A DNA stretch of 62,351 bases, filler included. It is 5 parts of 5 records of this genome, joined end to end, with 100 filler letters (N's around TTAATTAATTAA, not from the genome) between each part and the next. Parts side by side here need not be neighbours in the genome. Positions count along the whole stretch, not along the records: positions 1 to 17,302 come from SRR20825010_5472; 4 more parts are not named here. The stretch is one strand, 5' to 3'. Shown one piece after another: positions 1-9,635 of this stretch (the stretch's first letter is position 1; each line of letters begins with the position of its first letter). The translations under genes were made by a program, and so were the position numbers. The notes beneath the pieces were generated by a model, which was not told where the DNA came from, ran no database searches, and saw nothing but the letters and a program-made list of their open reading frames with translations.

Positions 1-56
1 TAGCAGTTTGCCTATGGGCAAGCGAAGCCGCAGCAAAACCCGATTTCGCCTTGGTC

Positions 57-875
57 CTACGAGTTTTCCGGGGTGCGACCCGTCCCCAATGCCGGCAGCA
101 TTGCGGAAGCGACCAGAAACGCCGAATAGCCTTCTGAAACGAGCCCACGAACGTCCTTCACATTGCGAATCCCACCACCGGTGATCCAACTCATGTCGCC
201 AAATCGCGAAACGCAATCGGAAAACATTTCGCCACTAGCTGGGCCGGATTCGCTGCCAACCGAGGCGACGTCCAAAAGAATTCCTTCGCGAATATTTCGT
301 TTGAGAGCGGCCAAGACCCAATTCGATGCGGTCTCCGGACCAACAAACTGCCCGGCTCGAAAATCCAAACTGAGTGTCAGGTTCGATGAATTGACGAACT
401 CCAACATTCGGTCCTGCACGTCAAGCGAGTCTGCCGTTTCCGTGGCAATAATCCATCGCAAATTCGATTCATTTGCAATCGATCGATTCATGCGACTCAA
501 CCATTCCTGGTCCATTCGCGAAATCGAACCGGTCCATCCACTGTCGATCCACAGTGTTTCCTCTTGGCGAATTTCGGTCACCAAGGCGAGCAAGGCATCT
601 CGCTGGCGTCCCGTCCCCATCAAGCCATTGAGATCCGCGACATAGAAACGTCGAATTCCAATCGACCGATACCAGTGCAGCAACGAACATTCGTCGGCGG
701 ACAGTCCAGCGATTGGTTGGTACTGCGAACGATTTCCCGCGATGCCATGCACCGCGACGCCATCTTTGAGATCGATGACTCCGATCAAGCGATCGAGCAC
801 CGGCTTCCATTGCCCGTGCAATTGCTGAGAAAGCGAAGCCAGTTGCTGAGAAAGCGGAGTCCGCGGCGTGCTCAA
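57..875 (-). CDS. HisA/HisF-related TIM-barrel protein (Orf17-like family)
   Basis: N-terminal IGVIDLKDGVAVHG-x-G-x-R-x-Y-P, YVADLNG, WIDSG, LLDVASVGS and GGGIR phosphate-binding motifs. Start overlaps the upstream gene's stop and is uncertain. Confidence 0.8.
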   Translation of the reverse strand: MSTPRTPLSQQLASLSQQLHGQWKPVLDRLIGVIDLKDGVAVHGIAGNRSQYQPIAGLSADECSLLHWYRSIGIRRFYVADLNGLMGTGRQRDALLALVTEIRQEETLWIDSGWTGSISRMDQEWLSRMNRSIANESNLRWIIATETADSLDVQDRMLEFVNSSNLTLSLDFRAGQFVGPETASNWVLAALKRNIREGILLDVASVGSESGPASGEMFSDCVSRFGDMSWITGGGIRNVKDVRGLVSEGYSAFLVASAMLPALGTGRTPENS

Positions 876-1447
876 GCCGAAGTTGCGTCGGCTTCTGGCA
901 GAGTGAACAACGATTCCACTTTGACGATGGCGTAGTCATCAGGAAATGTGTGGATCGCTTGAATCAGCATGGAACGTCGACGCGTTTCAATGTTGACGTA
1001 GCTGATGGCCCCGAGTGCCATCCGACCGCTCGAATCAAAACGGTGCAGCAAACCTTCGGTGGGTCCAGTTCCCAATTGCTGGCCCACCATCCAGAACATC
1101 TTCGGATCGACCGTTTCGAGCTGGAAATGAGACCGATAAGACAATCCCGAACGACAAGTCGCTTCTTCCGTTCGGCTTCCCTTGAGCGATTGTCGAATCA
1201 AACAACGACGCGATGGCAAGGGTTGATGAGCACTGGTGGCAACCTCGCAAAGCGTGGTCGCAGCCGAATCAGCACTGGATGCTGAATTGAACGTGACCAC
1301 GTGACCGCAATTGGTTACCTCGATCTTGGCATCGTAGCCGTCTCGTTCGATCCTTCGCGTTTGATGCACAACGAGAAGTTCCGGGTGCAGCGATCGACTG
1401 AACAAGTGAAACGCTAGTTCAGCAACTTTTGGGCGAACCGAAAGCAC
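872..1447 (-). CDS. DUF2617-like protein
   Basis: Probable GTG start at 1447 (MLSVRPKVAELAFHLFSRSLHPEL); C-terminal LLHRF...AFHTFP-like (AIHTFPDDYAIVKVESLF) pattern recalled for DUF2617. Confidence 0.65.
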   Translation of the reverse strand: MLSVRPKVAELAFHLFSRSLHPELLVVHQTRRIERDGYDAKIEVTNCGHVVTFNSASSADSAATTLCEVATSAHQPLPSRRCLIRQSLKGSRTEEATCRSGLSYRSHFQLETVDPKMFWMVGQQLGTGPTEGLLHRFDSSGRMALGAISYVNIETRRRSMLIQAIHTFPDDYAIVKVESLFTLPEADATSA

Positions 1448-1702
1448 GATGAAGAGTCCAAAGAAGAGTTCGTATCTATCTCGTCGCGAAGATGGCTTCG
1501 CGTCGCGGTCAGTCACTCATTATACGCTGTCCGGCTGAACCTTCTAAAGAGCGTTTACGTCTTGACTCGGCAAGAATATCCTTTCCTTTTGAATGTCACG
1601 AATTCATCTTGACATCGCCGTTCCGCCTGATTTGTCGCTCCGACAGAATCCGCCTTGCCACCACTTCCGCACCCCAATGGGTTGCCACCCGGATTTGCCG
1701 CC

Positions 1703-2281
1703 ATGATTTTGGTTATCGATAACTACGACTCATTCACCTACAACCTGGTTCAGCGAATGGGTGAGATCGATCCGTCGGCGGAAATCCGAGTCCATCGCAA
1801 TGACGATCTGTCGCCGGACGAGATTGAATCTCTCTCCCCTGAACGGTTACTCATCTCTCCAGGACCGTGCACTCCCACCGAAGCCGGGGTCAGCGTCGAA
1901 TGCGTGCGACGGTTCGCGGGCAAGTTTCCGATTTTGGGAGTTTGCCTGGGGCATCAATCAATCGGCGAAGCATTCGGTGCGACAATCATTCGTGCCCCCG
2001 AGCTGATGCACGGCAAGACGGATGGCATTCATCACGACGATGGCGGCTTGTTTGCGGGACTGACCAATCCATTCACTGCCACACGATACCATTCGCTTGT
2101 GATTGATCCTGACACCGTCCCAGAAGACTTGGTCGTCGGAGCGTGGACGGACACGGGAGGAAATCGACAAATCATGGGAGTCCGGCACCGCCAACACAAA
2201 TTGGAAGGCTGGCAATTTCACCCGGAAAGTTTTTTGACCGAGCCGGGCGTCGAATTGATCAAACGTTTTCTGGCGTGGTGA
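1703..2281 (+). CDS. trpG: Anthranilate/aminodeoxychorismate synthase component II (glutamine amidotransferase, TrpG/PabA)
   Basis: MILVIDNYDSFTYNL start (ATG 1703), SPGPC, GVCLGHQ nucleophile, RYHSL, QFHPES. TrpG and PabA cannot be separated by eye. Confidence 0.93.
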   Translation: MILVIDNYDSFTYNLVQRMGEIDPSAEIRVHRNDDLSPDEIESLSPERLLISPGPCTPTEAGVSVECVRRFAGKFPILGVCLGHQSIGEAFGATIIRAPELMHGKTDGIHHDDGGLFAGLTNPFTATRYHSLVIDPDTVPEDLVVGAWTDTGGNRQIMGVRHRQHKLEGWQFHPESFLTEPGVELIKRFLAW

Positions 2282-2366
2282 ACCAACGTGCGGCTGACTC
2301 GAAACGCGGTTTCGACCGCCTGAAGATTTGGGCGAATCCCGTCAACCGGCCGCCTTTCGTCGCAAT

Positions 2367-2882
2367 TTAAATTTTCTGGAACAAGAACGCCTGCAATCCT
2401 ATCAGCGTTTTCGCGTCGCGAATTTGACACGTCTGCACAAGCTTCAATAGCTGATCTCGGTGCATCAATTTGGTCTCGATTCGCTCAGTCGTCTCAAGCC
2501 GTTGCTCCCCAGCGGTGAGGTCTTTGGCAACGACCAAATGCATCAACTCGTTGCCCAACCCGGGTGCCGAATAGAACTCGCGGGCGACGCTCAAATCACC
2601 AGCTTGATAGCCGGTTTCTTCCGTTAATTCGCGAGCCGCTGTCACCAGCACCTCTTCACCGGGATCGCGTGTTCCCGCGGGCAATTCCAGCAAAGTTTCG
2701 CCCACTGCCGGGCGTTCATTTTCGATCATCACCACGGTGTCTTCGTTTACCAATGGCAACAACACCACCGCACCGGGATGCTGAATGAATTCGCGTCGGT
2801 GAGACTGACCATCACGTCCCGGTAGGTCCAAAGCGATGACATCAAAACGACTACCTCGCAACAGGATTTCAGGTTCGGACAT
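2367..2882 (-). CDS. Nudix hydrolase, ADP-ribose pyrophosphatase (NudF)-like
   Basis: Nudix box ELPAGTRDPGEEVLVTAARELTEETGY; HPGAV, YSAPG, IRDAKT. Confidence 0.9.
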   Translation of the reverse strand: MSEPEILLRGSRFDVIALDLPGRDGQSHRREFIQHPGAVVLLPLVNEDTVVMIENERPAVGETLLELPAGTRDPGEEVLVTAARELTEETGYQAGDLSVAREFYSAPGLGNELMHLVVAKDLTAGEQRLETTERIETKLMHRDQLLKLVQTCQIRDAKTLIGLQAFLFQKI

Positions 2883-3094
2883 GGCAACAGCCTTCAGTAC
2901 GGAATTGATTCATCGTGATCGAAACAAACTTAGAATGTCATCGCCAAGCAAGACGATCTTGGTGACATCGATCGAAACAATAGGCAGCCAACCAACAATT
3001 CGCAACGAAGCGAAATGCCGGATTGAAACTCCAGAAAACGAAGATCAATCCCCCCAGAGGTGGCGAGGGGCTTCAACCTGAGTATTATACGCGA

Positions 3095-4336
3095 ATGAAC
3101 ACTTCATCCTCTCCGATCTCGTCGCCGCTGGGCTCGCCAGCGCCGGTCACGTCAGGTTTGTCGGCTGGACTTCAGACCCCTGAACCGCAACCGAGCCGGC
3201 CGGCACCCGGTCAAAATCGCCTCGAAGAAATTTCGGTGGTGATTCCAGCGATGAACGAAGAGGCGTCGTTGTCCGAGCTTCACAGACGCATTCTCGAAGT
3301 TTGTGCAGAACAAAATGTTCGCGTTCAAATTGTCTTCGTAGATGACGGATCGACTGACAAAACATGGCAAAAAATGGTCTCGCTATGCGGTACCGCATCG
3401 GACCAGTCCCATTCAACGAGTGCATTGCGTTTGCGTCGCAACTTTGGCAAGGCGGCCGCATTGAGTGCTGGCTTCTCCGTCGCTCGTGGGTCGATTGTCT
3501 TCACGATGGATGCGGATCTGCAAGACGACCCGACGGAGATCCCTCGCTTCTTGGAAAAGATCCAAGGCGGACTCGATGTGGTCAGTGGTTGGAAGCAAAC
3601 TCGCCACGACCCGTGGCATAAAGTGTTGCCCAGCCGAGTCTTCAACGCGTTGGTCAGCTCACTGACTGGCGTTCGGTTGCACGATCACAATTGCGGCTTT
3701 AAAGCCTATCGCCGAGAAGTCTTGGCCGAAGTCGACCTGTATGGCGAACGTCATCGGTTCATCCCAGTGCTCGCATCCGCCCGCGGTTTTCGAGTGGGCG
3801 AGATTGTTGTCCAGCATCACGCTCGACAACACGGCGTTTCAAAATACGGAGTTTCGCGACTGGTCAAAGGATTTTTGGATCTACTCAGCATCCACCTCGT
3901 GACCGGATACGGTCGCCGACCGCTTCACCTGATCGGAACCGCTGGCTTGCTGTGCTTCGCGGTGGGCTCGGTTGGCATCACCTACCTCAGCATCAAATGG
4001 GTTTGGTCTCGAATGGGCGACGGCGAAGTCCTGCACCTCCATTCAACCGCAATTTTCTATTACTGCATCCTGGCTGTCCTGCTTGGTGCCCAGTGTGTCT
4101 TGGCTGGCTTGCTCGCAGAGCTGGTGATTTCCGTCGCGGCAGCACGCGATCGCAGAGAAATAATGAACATGAGCGACGCTCAAACAAATTCCGTATCGAA
4201 CACTGCCGATAGTTCTCGTCTGCTTCCCAATGCATCGGGATACAGCGTTTCTGATTGGGCTGGCTTAGGTGAACCCAACCATCAATCGACTTCGTCGCGT
4301 GATGTGGATTCGACGGGGCCGATTCACGATGCGTAA
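3095..4336 (+). CDS. Family 2 glycosyltransferase, polyprenol-phosphate (ArnC/GtrB/DPM-like)
   Basis: VVIPAMNE, VDDGSTD, RNFGKAAAL, MDADLQDDP, HDHNCGFKAYR; two C-terminal TM helices. Start ATG 3095 assumed. Confidence 0.9.
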   Translation: MNTSSSPISSPLGSPAPVTSGLSAGLQTPEPQPSRPAPGQNRLEEISVVIPAMNEEASLSELHRRILEVCAEQNVRVQIVFVDDGSTDKTWQKMVSLCGTASDQSHSTSALRLRRNFGKAAALSAGFSVARGSIVFTMDADLQDDPTEIPRFLEKIQGGLDVVSGWKQTRHDPWHKVLPSRVFNALVSSLTGVRLHDHNCGFKAYRREVLAEVDLYGERHRFIPVLASARGFRVGEIVVQHHARQHGVSKYGVSRLVKGFLDLLSIHLVTGYGRRPLHLIGTAGLLCFAVGSVGITYLSIKWVWSRMGDGEVLHLHSTAIFYYCILAVLLGAQCVLAGLLAELVISVAAARDRREIMNMSDAQTNSVSNTADSSRLLPNASGYSVSDWAGLGEPNHQSTSSRDVDSTGPIHDA

Positions 4337-5960
4337 ACACGAGATACCGCGACAACATCGTCGCAATACCTACGCGATCATGATCGTCGCGACGCTTGCC
4401 ATTGTTGCTGGACGAATCGCAGTCGTCTCCAGCAAAGAAGGCGACACGGCGTTCCTCAGTGCGAATGATCGAAGCCGCTGGTGCACAGTCGCTTCGCTGG
4501 TGGAGGAACACACATTCGCGATCGACGGCCCCATTTCAATTCGTTCGGAAGACGGCAAACGTCGGCCCTGGAACACGATCGACAAGGTTCGTCATGTCGG
4601 CTCGGACGGCCAACTGCATTACTACAGCAGCAAGCCAACACTACTCGTCACGATGGTTGCGGGTGTCTACGGCGTGGTGCACCACACGACCGGTCTGACG
4701 ATGACCGAACAACCGATCTATGTGCCTCGGTTGCTTCTAATGCTGATCAACTTGCCGGTGCTCGCGGTGTTTTTGGTGACGATGGCGTTGATCGTCGAAC
4801 TGATTGGCGCATCGGACTACGCGAGACGAATGGGAGTCGCTGCCGCCTGCTTTGGCACGATGATGGTTCCCTTTGCAATCTCGTTGAACAATCATCTGTT
4901 CGCCGCAGCGGCGACTTCGTTGACGCTTTGGTTGTACCTTCGAGCAGCCGATAAGATGAGCGATTCGTTCTCTGGCATTACATATCACCCCAAGCTCGCC
5001 CCTTGGGTTGTCGCGGGAGCTTCAGCCGCCTTCGCGGTCGCTTGCGAACTGCCCGCCCTTTCCATGTTGGCTCTTTGGGCGGTGTTGTTTGGCTGGATGA
5101 ACCCTCGATCGATTCCGGGATTCGCTTTGGGTGCCAGCGTTGTCTTGATCGGAATTTTTGCGACAAACGTGTGGGCTCATGGCAGCTTGCGAACACCCTA
5201 CGCGCACCGCAGCGCAGGCGAACAGCTTGAGGTGATCGAACTTCCCTCGACACCTTCGGCCAATCAAATAGACGTGTCGTTGTCGCACAGTGAAACACTT
5301 CGGACCGCGACTGAAATCGACCTCCGCGAACTCAACGAAGGCGGATATGAGGTCATTGCCGAGCAGAAAGACGCGAAAGGAAATTCCGTCCAAACCCAGT
5401 ACAAACTGGCTCGATCTGGTGCCGGTTGGTCCTTGTTCGTTTGGGACGACTGGTACGACTACCCGGGAAGTTACTGGCGGACAGACAAACGCCGTGGCGT
5501 CGATCTGGGTGAACCCAGCCGAATCGCGTACCTGTTTCACGCGACTCTAGGCTACTACGGCATCTTCTCCATCACACCGCTTTGGTTCCTCGTTCCTGTT
5601 GGCATGGTCGCGGGATGCCGTCACGGCCCTGGCTACATGCGGCGACTATCCGCTGCGATCGCATTGGCGAGCGTCGTTTGCCTGCTGTTTTACGTTGCGC
5701 GTCCGGAAATAGACCGAAACTACGGCGGGGTCAGTGTTTGCTTCCGTTGGATGCTCTGGTTTGCTCCGCTATGGCTCTACAGCCTGGTTCCTGAGCTGAG
5801 TTCGTTGAGTGAAAAAATCCAAGGTCGATATTTCACACTCGCGCTTCTTGCCGCCAGTGCATTTTCAGTTTCGACCAGCCTGTCCTCCCCCTGGCAGAGT
5901 CCCTGGATCTACCGTTTTGCGAGCTTTTTGGGGTGGTTGGGCGATGAAATGACCCGGTAG
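4329..5960 (+). CDS. Polytopic membrane protein, possible GT-C-fold transferase
   Basis: About 10 hydrophobic segments; first TM followed by a loop with NDRSRW and YYSSKP; overlaps the GT2 stop. Function is inferred. Confidence 0.6.
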   Translation: MRKHEIPRQHRRNTYAIMIVATLAIVAGRIAVVSSKEGDTAFLSANDRSRWCTVASLVEEHTFAIDGPISIRSEDGKRRPWNTIDKVRHVGSDGQLHYYSSKPTLLVTMVAGVYGVVHHTTGLTMTEQPIYVPRLLLMLINLPVLAVFLVTMALIVELIGASDYARRMGVAAACFGTMMVPFAISLNNHLFAAAATSLTLWLYLRAADKMSDSFSGITYHPKLAPWVVAGASAAFAVACELPALSMLALWAVLFGWMNPRSIPGFALGASVVLIGIFATNVWAHGSLRTPYAHRSAGEQLEVIELPSTPSANQIDVSLSHSETLRTATEIDLRELNEGGYEVIAEQKDAKGNSVQTQYKLARSGAGWSLFVWDDWYDYPGSYWRTDKRRGVDLGEPSRIAYLFHATLGYYGIFSITPLWFLVPVGMVAGCRHGPGYMRRLSAAIALASVVCLLFYVARPEIDRNYGGVSVCFRWMLWFAPLWLYSLVPELSSLSEKIQGRYFTLALLAASAFSVSTSLSSPWQSPWIYRFASFLGWLGDEMTR

Positions 5961-5981
5961 GATCGAGCCAATCGCTCATCC

Positions 5982-8900
5982 ATGTCTCAAGGAGGAGACA
6001 GGCCTTTGACCGAACCGGGTCAGGAAAATCCGCCTCGCCGCAAAGCCGGCCGTTTGAAAACGGCAGTGGTCCTGGTGATCACGTGCATTCTGACTGGCTT
6101 CCTGGTTCAATCGTTGCTGCCTCAAACCGTCGGCGAACAAGCCCGGCGTTACTTTGAGAAAACACTCGATGAACACTACGCCGACTGGGATGTGACGATC
6201 CAACGTGGCACGTTCCAAGCCGGAACTGGACTGATCTTTGAATCCATCGAGATCAGCCCGAAAACCAGTCGAGCCAATCTGGTTTCGAAATGGTGGTCGC
6301 AACAGCCCGCGGTCAAAATCGAACGCCTCACCGTCTTCGCTGACCTGGACCCGCAAAAGTGGATGTCAGGAGACAGCCCTCTTTCCACGCGTCGTGTCGC
6401 GATCGAGGGTGTCGTTGCGAACGTGCAAGTTGCCCAAGACAACGGCATCTCACTGGAGACGCTCTACCCGTTGCCACAAATGGGACCGGCCTGCCCGCAG
6501 ATCGATCTGTATGGGGTGGTAACGAATGTAACCTTCGAGGCAGCTGCATCTCGAGAAGCCTTGAACGGCAATAGTGAACCGCGAAGCACTTCGGCGGCAA
6601 CGCATCCGATCCAACTTCGATGGTCGGACATCGCCATCTCAACCGAGACATCACGCGACGAATTGGCACTGATCGCAGGAGAATCTCGTGAACGCAAATT
6701 GGTGTTCGCGCGAGGCGACAGCAACTTCAGCGGTCCGATCGAGTTGGCGTATGACAAGTTGCAGGAAGGCTCCGATGAACAACTGCGACTGAAGACAACG
6801 ATTAAAGACTGCCACATCGATGACGCGATCATCGCACGAGTCCGTTCGCGAATTTCCAAGTGGCTGCCGGCGAAAGCCCGTGTCAGTTTGCATGGTGACC
6901 TCTCCGCCGAGTACATCCAACAGAACGAAACGGACCAATTCGAACTCGACTTGGTGGTGCACGATGGCAACTTGGACGACCCTCGCTTGCCATCGAAGAT
7001 CCGCCAAGCTCGCGGCCGAATTCAAATCACCCCGGAACAAATCAAACTCTTTCCAACGCAAGCCAATTTTGGCGACGCCCACTGCACGCTGCGTGGTACC
7101 GCGGCTCTGGTGCGTCGATCTCGTACAAACTTTGACCTCGGACCGACGGACTTTCATTTCACCGGCGAAGGCCTGACACTTGATCGCCCTTTCGCGGAAG
7201 CGATGCCCGAAAAGCTGCATGACCTTTGGCAGAAATTCCAAGCTCACGGACGATTGAACCTTCGTGCCCACGCGAGCAACCCAGCTCCACTTCGATCTAA
7301 AGCATGGACTTTGCAATCCGAAGTCGACATCCGTGGAATCGATGTGCAGTTCGACAAGTTTCCCTACCCGGTCGAACAACTCGTTGGCACGATCCGAATC
7401 GACAACGGATTCGCGGTTGCCGAACAACTCACCGGACGGGCCGGCGGACAAAGAGTCAATTGCGGATTTCGCGTTCCGGTGCGACTTGATCCAGATGCAC
7501 CCAAAGTCCATACCAAACAAGTCACGATTCAAACGGAAGGATCGGTCCTGATCGACGATGCCCTGATCACATCGCTGACACCGCGCGAAGCCCAAGCAAG
7601 CGATCAAGGCAGCGTTTCGGCGACGACGGGTGCATTAATCGAAACCAGCTCCTCCCGTTCGGTATCAAAGGTCGAACAGTTTGTTCGATCATTGCGTCCA
7701 CGCGGCGTGATCGAGTGGGCCACGGCAACACTGGAAACCGACGCACACGGAAACTCATCCCGTCAGTTTGATTTCCGTGTCTCGGGTGGAACGCTTCGAT
7801 ACGACAAGTTCCCCTATCCTCTGTACAACGTCGAAGGCCGTGTTCAGATCAAAGACGATCTGGTGCGAATGATTGGTTTCACCGCCAACAACGCTGGCTC
7901 GGCAAAGGTCGATTGCAATGGTCTGTATCGGATCCCAAATCCAGCCGCAGCGATGAAAGCCGATTCGGAACTGAACCTTCGTTTCCAGATCGCTGATTTG
8001 TCGATGGACCAATCGCTCCGCGTGTCGCTACCCGAATCGACTCGTCACATTTGGGATTCACTCTCACCGGGTGGAACTCTGGACCAATTGGATGTGCACG
8101 TCCATCAGTCGGGCACCGATCCGCTGGATTTGACTCTGGTTGCCGATCAAAACGAATCCGGTCAAGTCACCCCCGACTCGCTCAGTCTTCGTCCCGTGGC
8201 AGTCCCCTACCGAATTGACATCGTTGGTGGTCATGTTGAATACCGGGACAATGAGGTCCGGATCAGCAACCTTCGTGGTCGACACGACGGTTCGAGAATG
8301 GTTGCCGACGGCACGTGCATTCAACATCCATCGGGACGTTGGTTATTGGCGATGGATCTGCACAGTGGTTGTCGCTTGGTTCCCGACGAGGAGTTGATGG
8401 CGGCTATGCCGGAACAAGTTGGCCGCGCGATGCGTGCTCTTGACCTGCGCGGTCCAATCAGCCTCCGCGGCAAGACCAATTTGTTGATGGCGAATGATGA
8501 CACATCGACCCCCGTGATCGATTGGGACCTCTTGTTGCAATTGGAAGGCAACCGAATCGCGGACGTGGGCCCAGTCCATTCGCTACGCGGTGAAATCCAG
8601 GTGCAAGGCGTTCGCGACGCCGAAGTGCTGCAGGCGGTCGGAAACATCGCTTTGGATTCCATGCACGCGTATGGGTTGCAGATCACATCGTTGCGCGGCC
8701 CGTTCTCGATCACCAACGAACAACTTCGCCTGGGTGAAAACGCACGACTGCCTTCCCCCAATCCCGATCCGAACGGCGGTGGCGTGCCAATCGTGGGTGC
8801 TTTGTTCGGAGGCAAGATCAGTCTCAGCGGTGGCGTCCTGCTCTCTTCGGGCGACTTTGAAATCGATGCCGCATTGGCCAACGCACAAATCGCGACTTGT

Positions 8901-9446
8901 CTTGCTGAAATTGGTCAGCATCGTACGGGCATCACAGGACGCTTCGATGGCGACTCTCATTTAGAAGGTCGTTTAGGTGATTTGGATCTGCTGAAAGGAA
9001 ACGGGCGTGGAAGCGTCAGCGGTGCCAACCTGTACCAGTTGCCATACCTTGTTCAGGTGCTGAACTTGCTTCGCATCAAAGCCACCGAAGACGTTGCCTT
9101 CACGAATGGAGAGACCGAGTTTTCAATTTTTGGCGAAGACCTGAACTTCAACCGCTTGGTGCTCTGGGGTGATCTTGTGGCACTCGAAGGCGGTGGCACA
9201 CTCAGTCGTCGCGAACACCTGGACATGTCTTTCAACACGCGTGTTAGTCCGCAGAACTTGTTCAGCAAAGTCATCAACCCGCTGAGAGACAACCGCTACA
9301 CGCTGTGGACGATTGAGGTGGACGGCCCGATCGAAGCTCCCACGATTCGCAGAAAATCACTCAGTGGGATCACGCAGACAATGGAAGACTGGTTCCCAGG
9401 AATGGTCCGATCCACCACCGCGGATGGCGGAAACGTCAACCGATAA
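5982..9446 (+). CDS. AsmA-like (YhdP/TamB-type) protein
   Basis: N-terminal TM anchor, long beta-rich repetitive body (two 'DKFPYP' modules), AsmA-like C-terminus (F-x-I...L-x-G-x-G-x-L...LDMSF). Confidence 0.75.
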   Translation: MSQGGDRPLTEPGQENPPRRKAGRLKTAVVLVITCILTGFLVQSLLPQTVGEQARRYFEKTLDEHYADWDVTIQRGTFQAGTGLIFESIEISPKTSRANLVSKWWSQQPAVKIERLTVFADLDPQKWMSGDSPLSTRRVAIEGVVANVQVAQDNGISLETLYPLPQMGPACPQIDLYGVVTNVTFEAAASREALNGNSEPRSTSAATHPIQLRWSDIAISTETSRDELALIAGESRERKLVFARGDSNFSGPIELAYDKLQEGSDEQLRLKTTIKDCHIDDAIIARVRSRISKWLPAKARVSLHGDLSAEYIQQNETDQFELDLVVHDGNLDDPRLPSKIRQARGRIQITPEQIKLFPTQANFGDAHCTLRGTAALVRRSRTNFDLGPTDFHFTGEGLTLDRPFAEAMPEKLHDLWQKFQAHGRLNLRAHASNPAPLRSKAWTLQSEVDIRGIDVQFDKFPYPVEQLVGTIRIDNGFAVAEQLTGRAGGQRVNCGFRVPVRLDPDAPKVHTKQVTIQTEGSVLIDDALITSLTPREAQASDQGSVSATTGALIETSSSRSVSKVEQFVRSLRPRGVIEWATATLETDAHGNSSRQFDFRVSGGTLRYDKFPYPLYNVEGRVQIKDDLVRMIGFTANNAGSAKVDCNGLYRIPNPAAAMKADSELNLRFQIADLSMDQSLRVSLPESTRHIWDSLSPGGTLDQLDVHVHQSGTDPLDLTLVADQNESGQVTPDSLSLRPVAVPYRIDIVGGHVEYRDNEVRISNLRGRHDGSRMVADGTCIQHPSGRWLLAMDLHSGCRLVPDEELMAAMPEQVGRAMRALDLRGPISLRGKTNLLMANDDTSTPVIDWDLLLQLEGNRIADVGPVHSLRGEIQVQGVRDAEVLQAVGNIALDSMHAYGLQITSLRGPFSITNEQLRLGENARLPSPNPDPNGGGVPIVGALFGGKISLSGGVLLSSGDFEIDAALANAQIATCLAEIGQHRTGITGRFDGDSHLEGRLGDLDLLKGNGRGSVSGANLYQLPYLVQVLNLLRIKATEDVAFTNGETEFSIFGEDLNFNRLVLWGDLVALEGGGTLSRREHLDMSFNTRVSPQNLFSKVINPLRDNRYTLWTIEVDGPIEAPTIRRKSLSGITQTMEDWFPGMVRSTTADGGNVNR

Positions 9447-9541
9447 CTTCGGCTGACAGTTCGCCCCTTGAGACGAGACGGAAGTCCACCGTTCGTACCA
9501 CCGTTTCATGAGCCGTGCGTCATTTTGCACGCGCACAAAGA

Positions 9542-9629
9542 ATCCTTCCAAGACTCGACCAAACTGTCCGATCGTCGAGAAATTCTCTTCGATCTGCCCC
9601 GGAAAATTCTGATCAAGTATTGGAAGGAT
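9542..9629. repeat. ~88-bp imperfect inverted repeat between convergent genes
   Basis: ATCCTTCCAA (9542) / TTGGAAGGAT (to 9629) outer arms with further pairing inward (GATCG/CGATC, GAGA/TCTC). Confidence 0.6.
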
Positions 9630-9635
9630 ACTGGG

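Noticed and set aside
6651-7607. 318-aa minus-strand ORF inside the AsmA-like gene
   Set aside because: Antisense shadow with no recognisable features.
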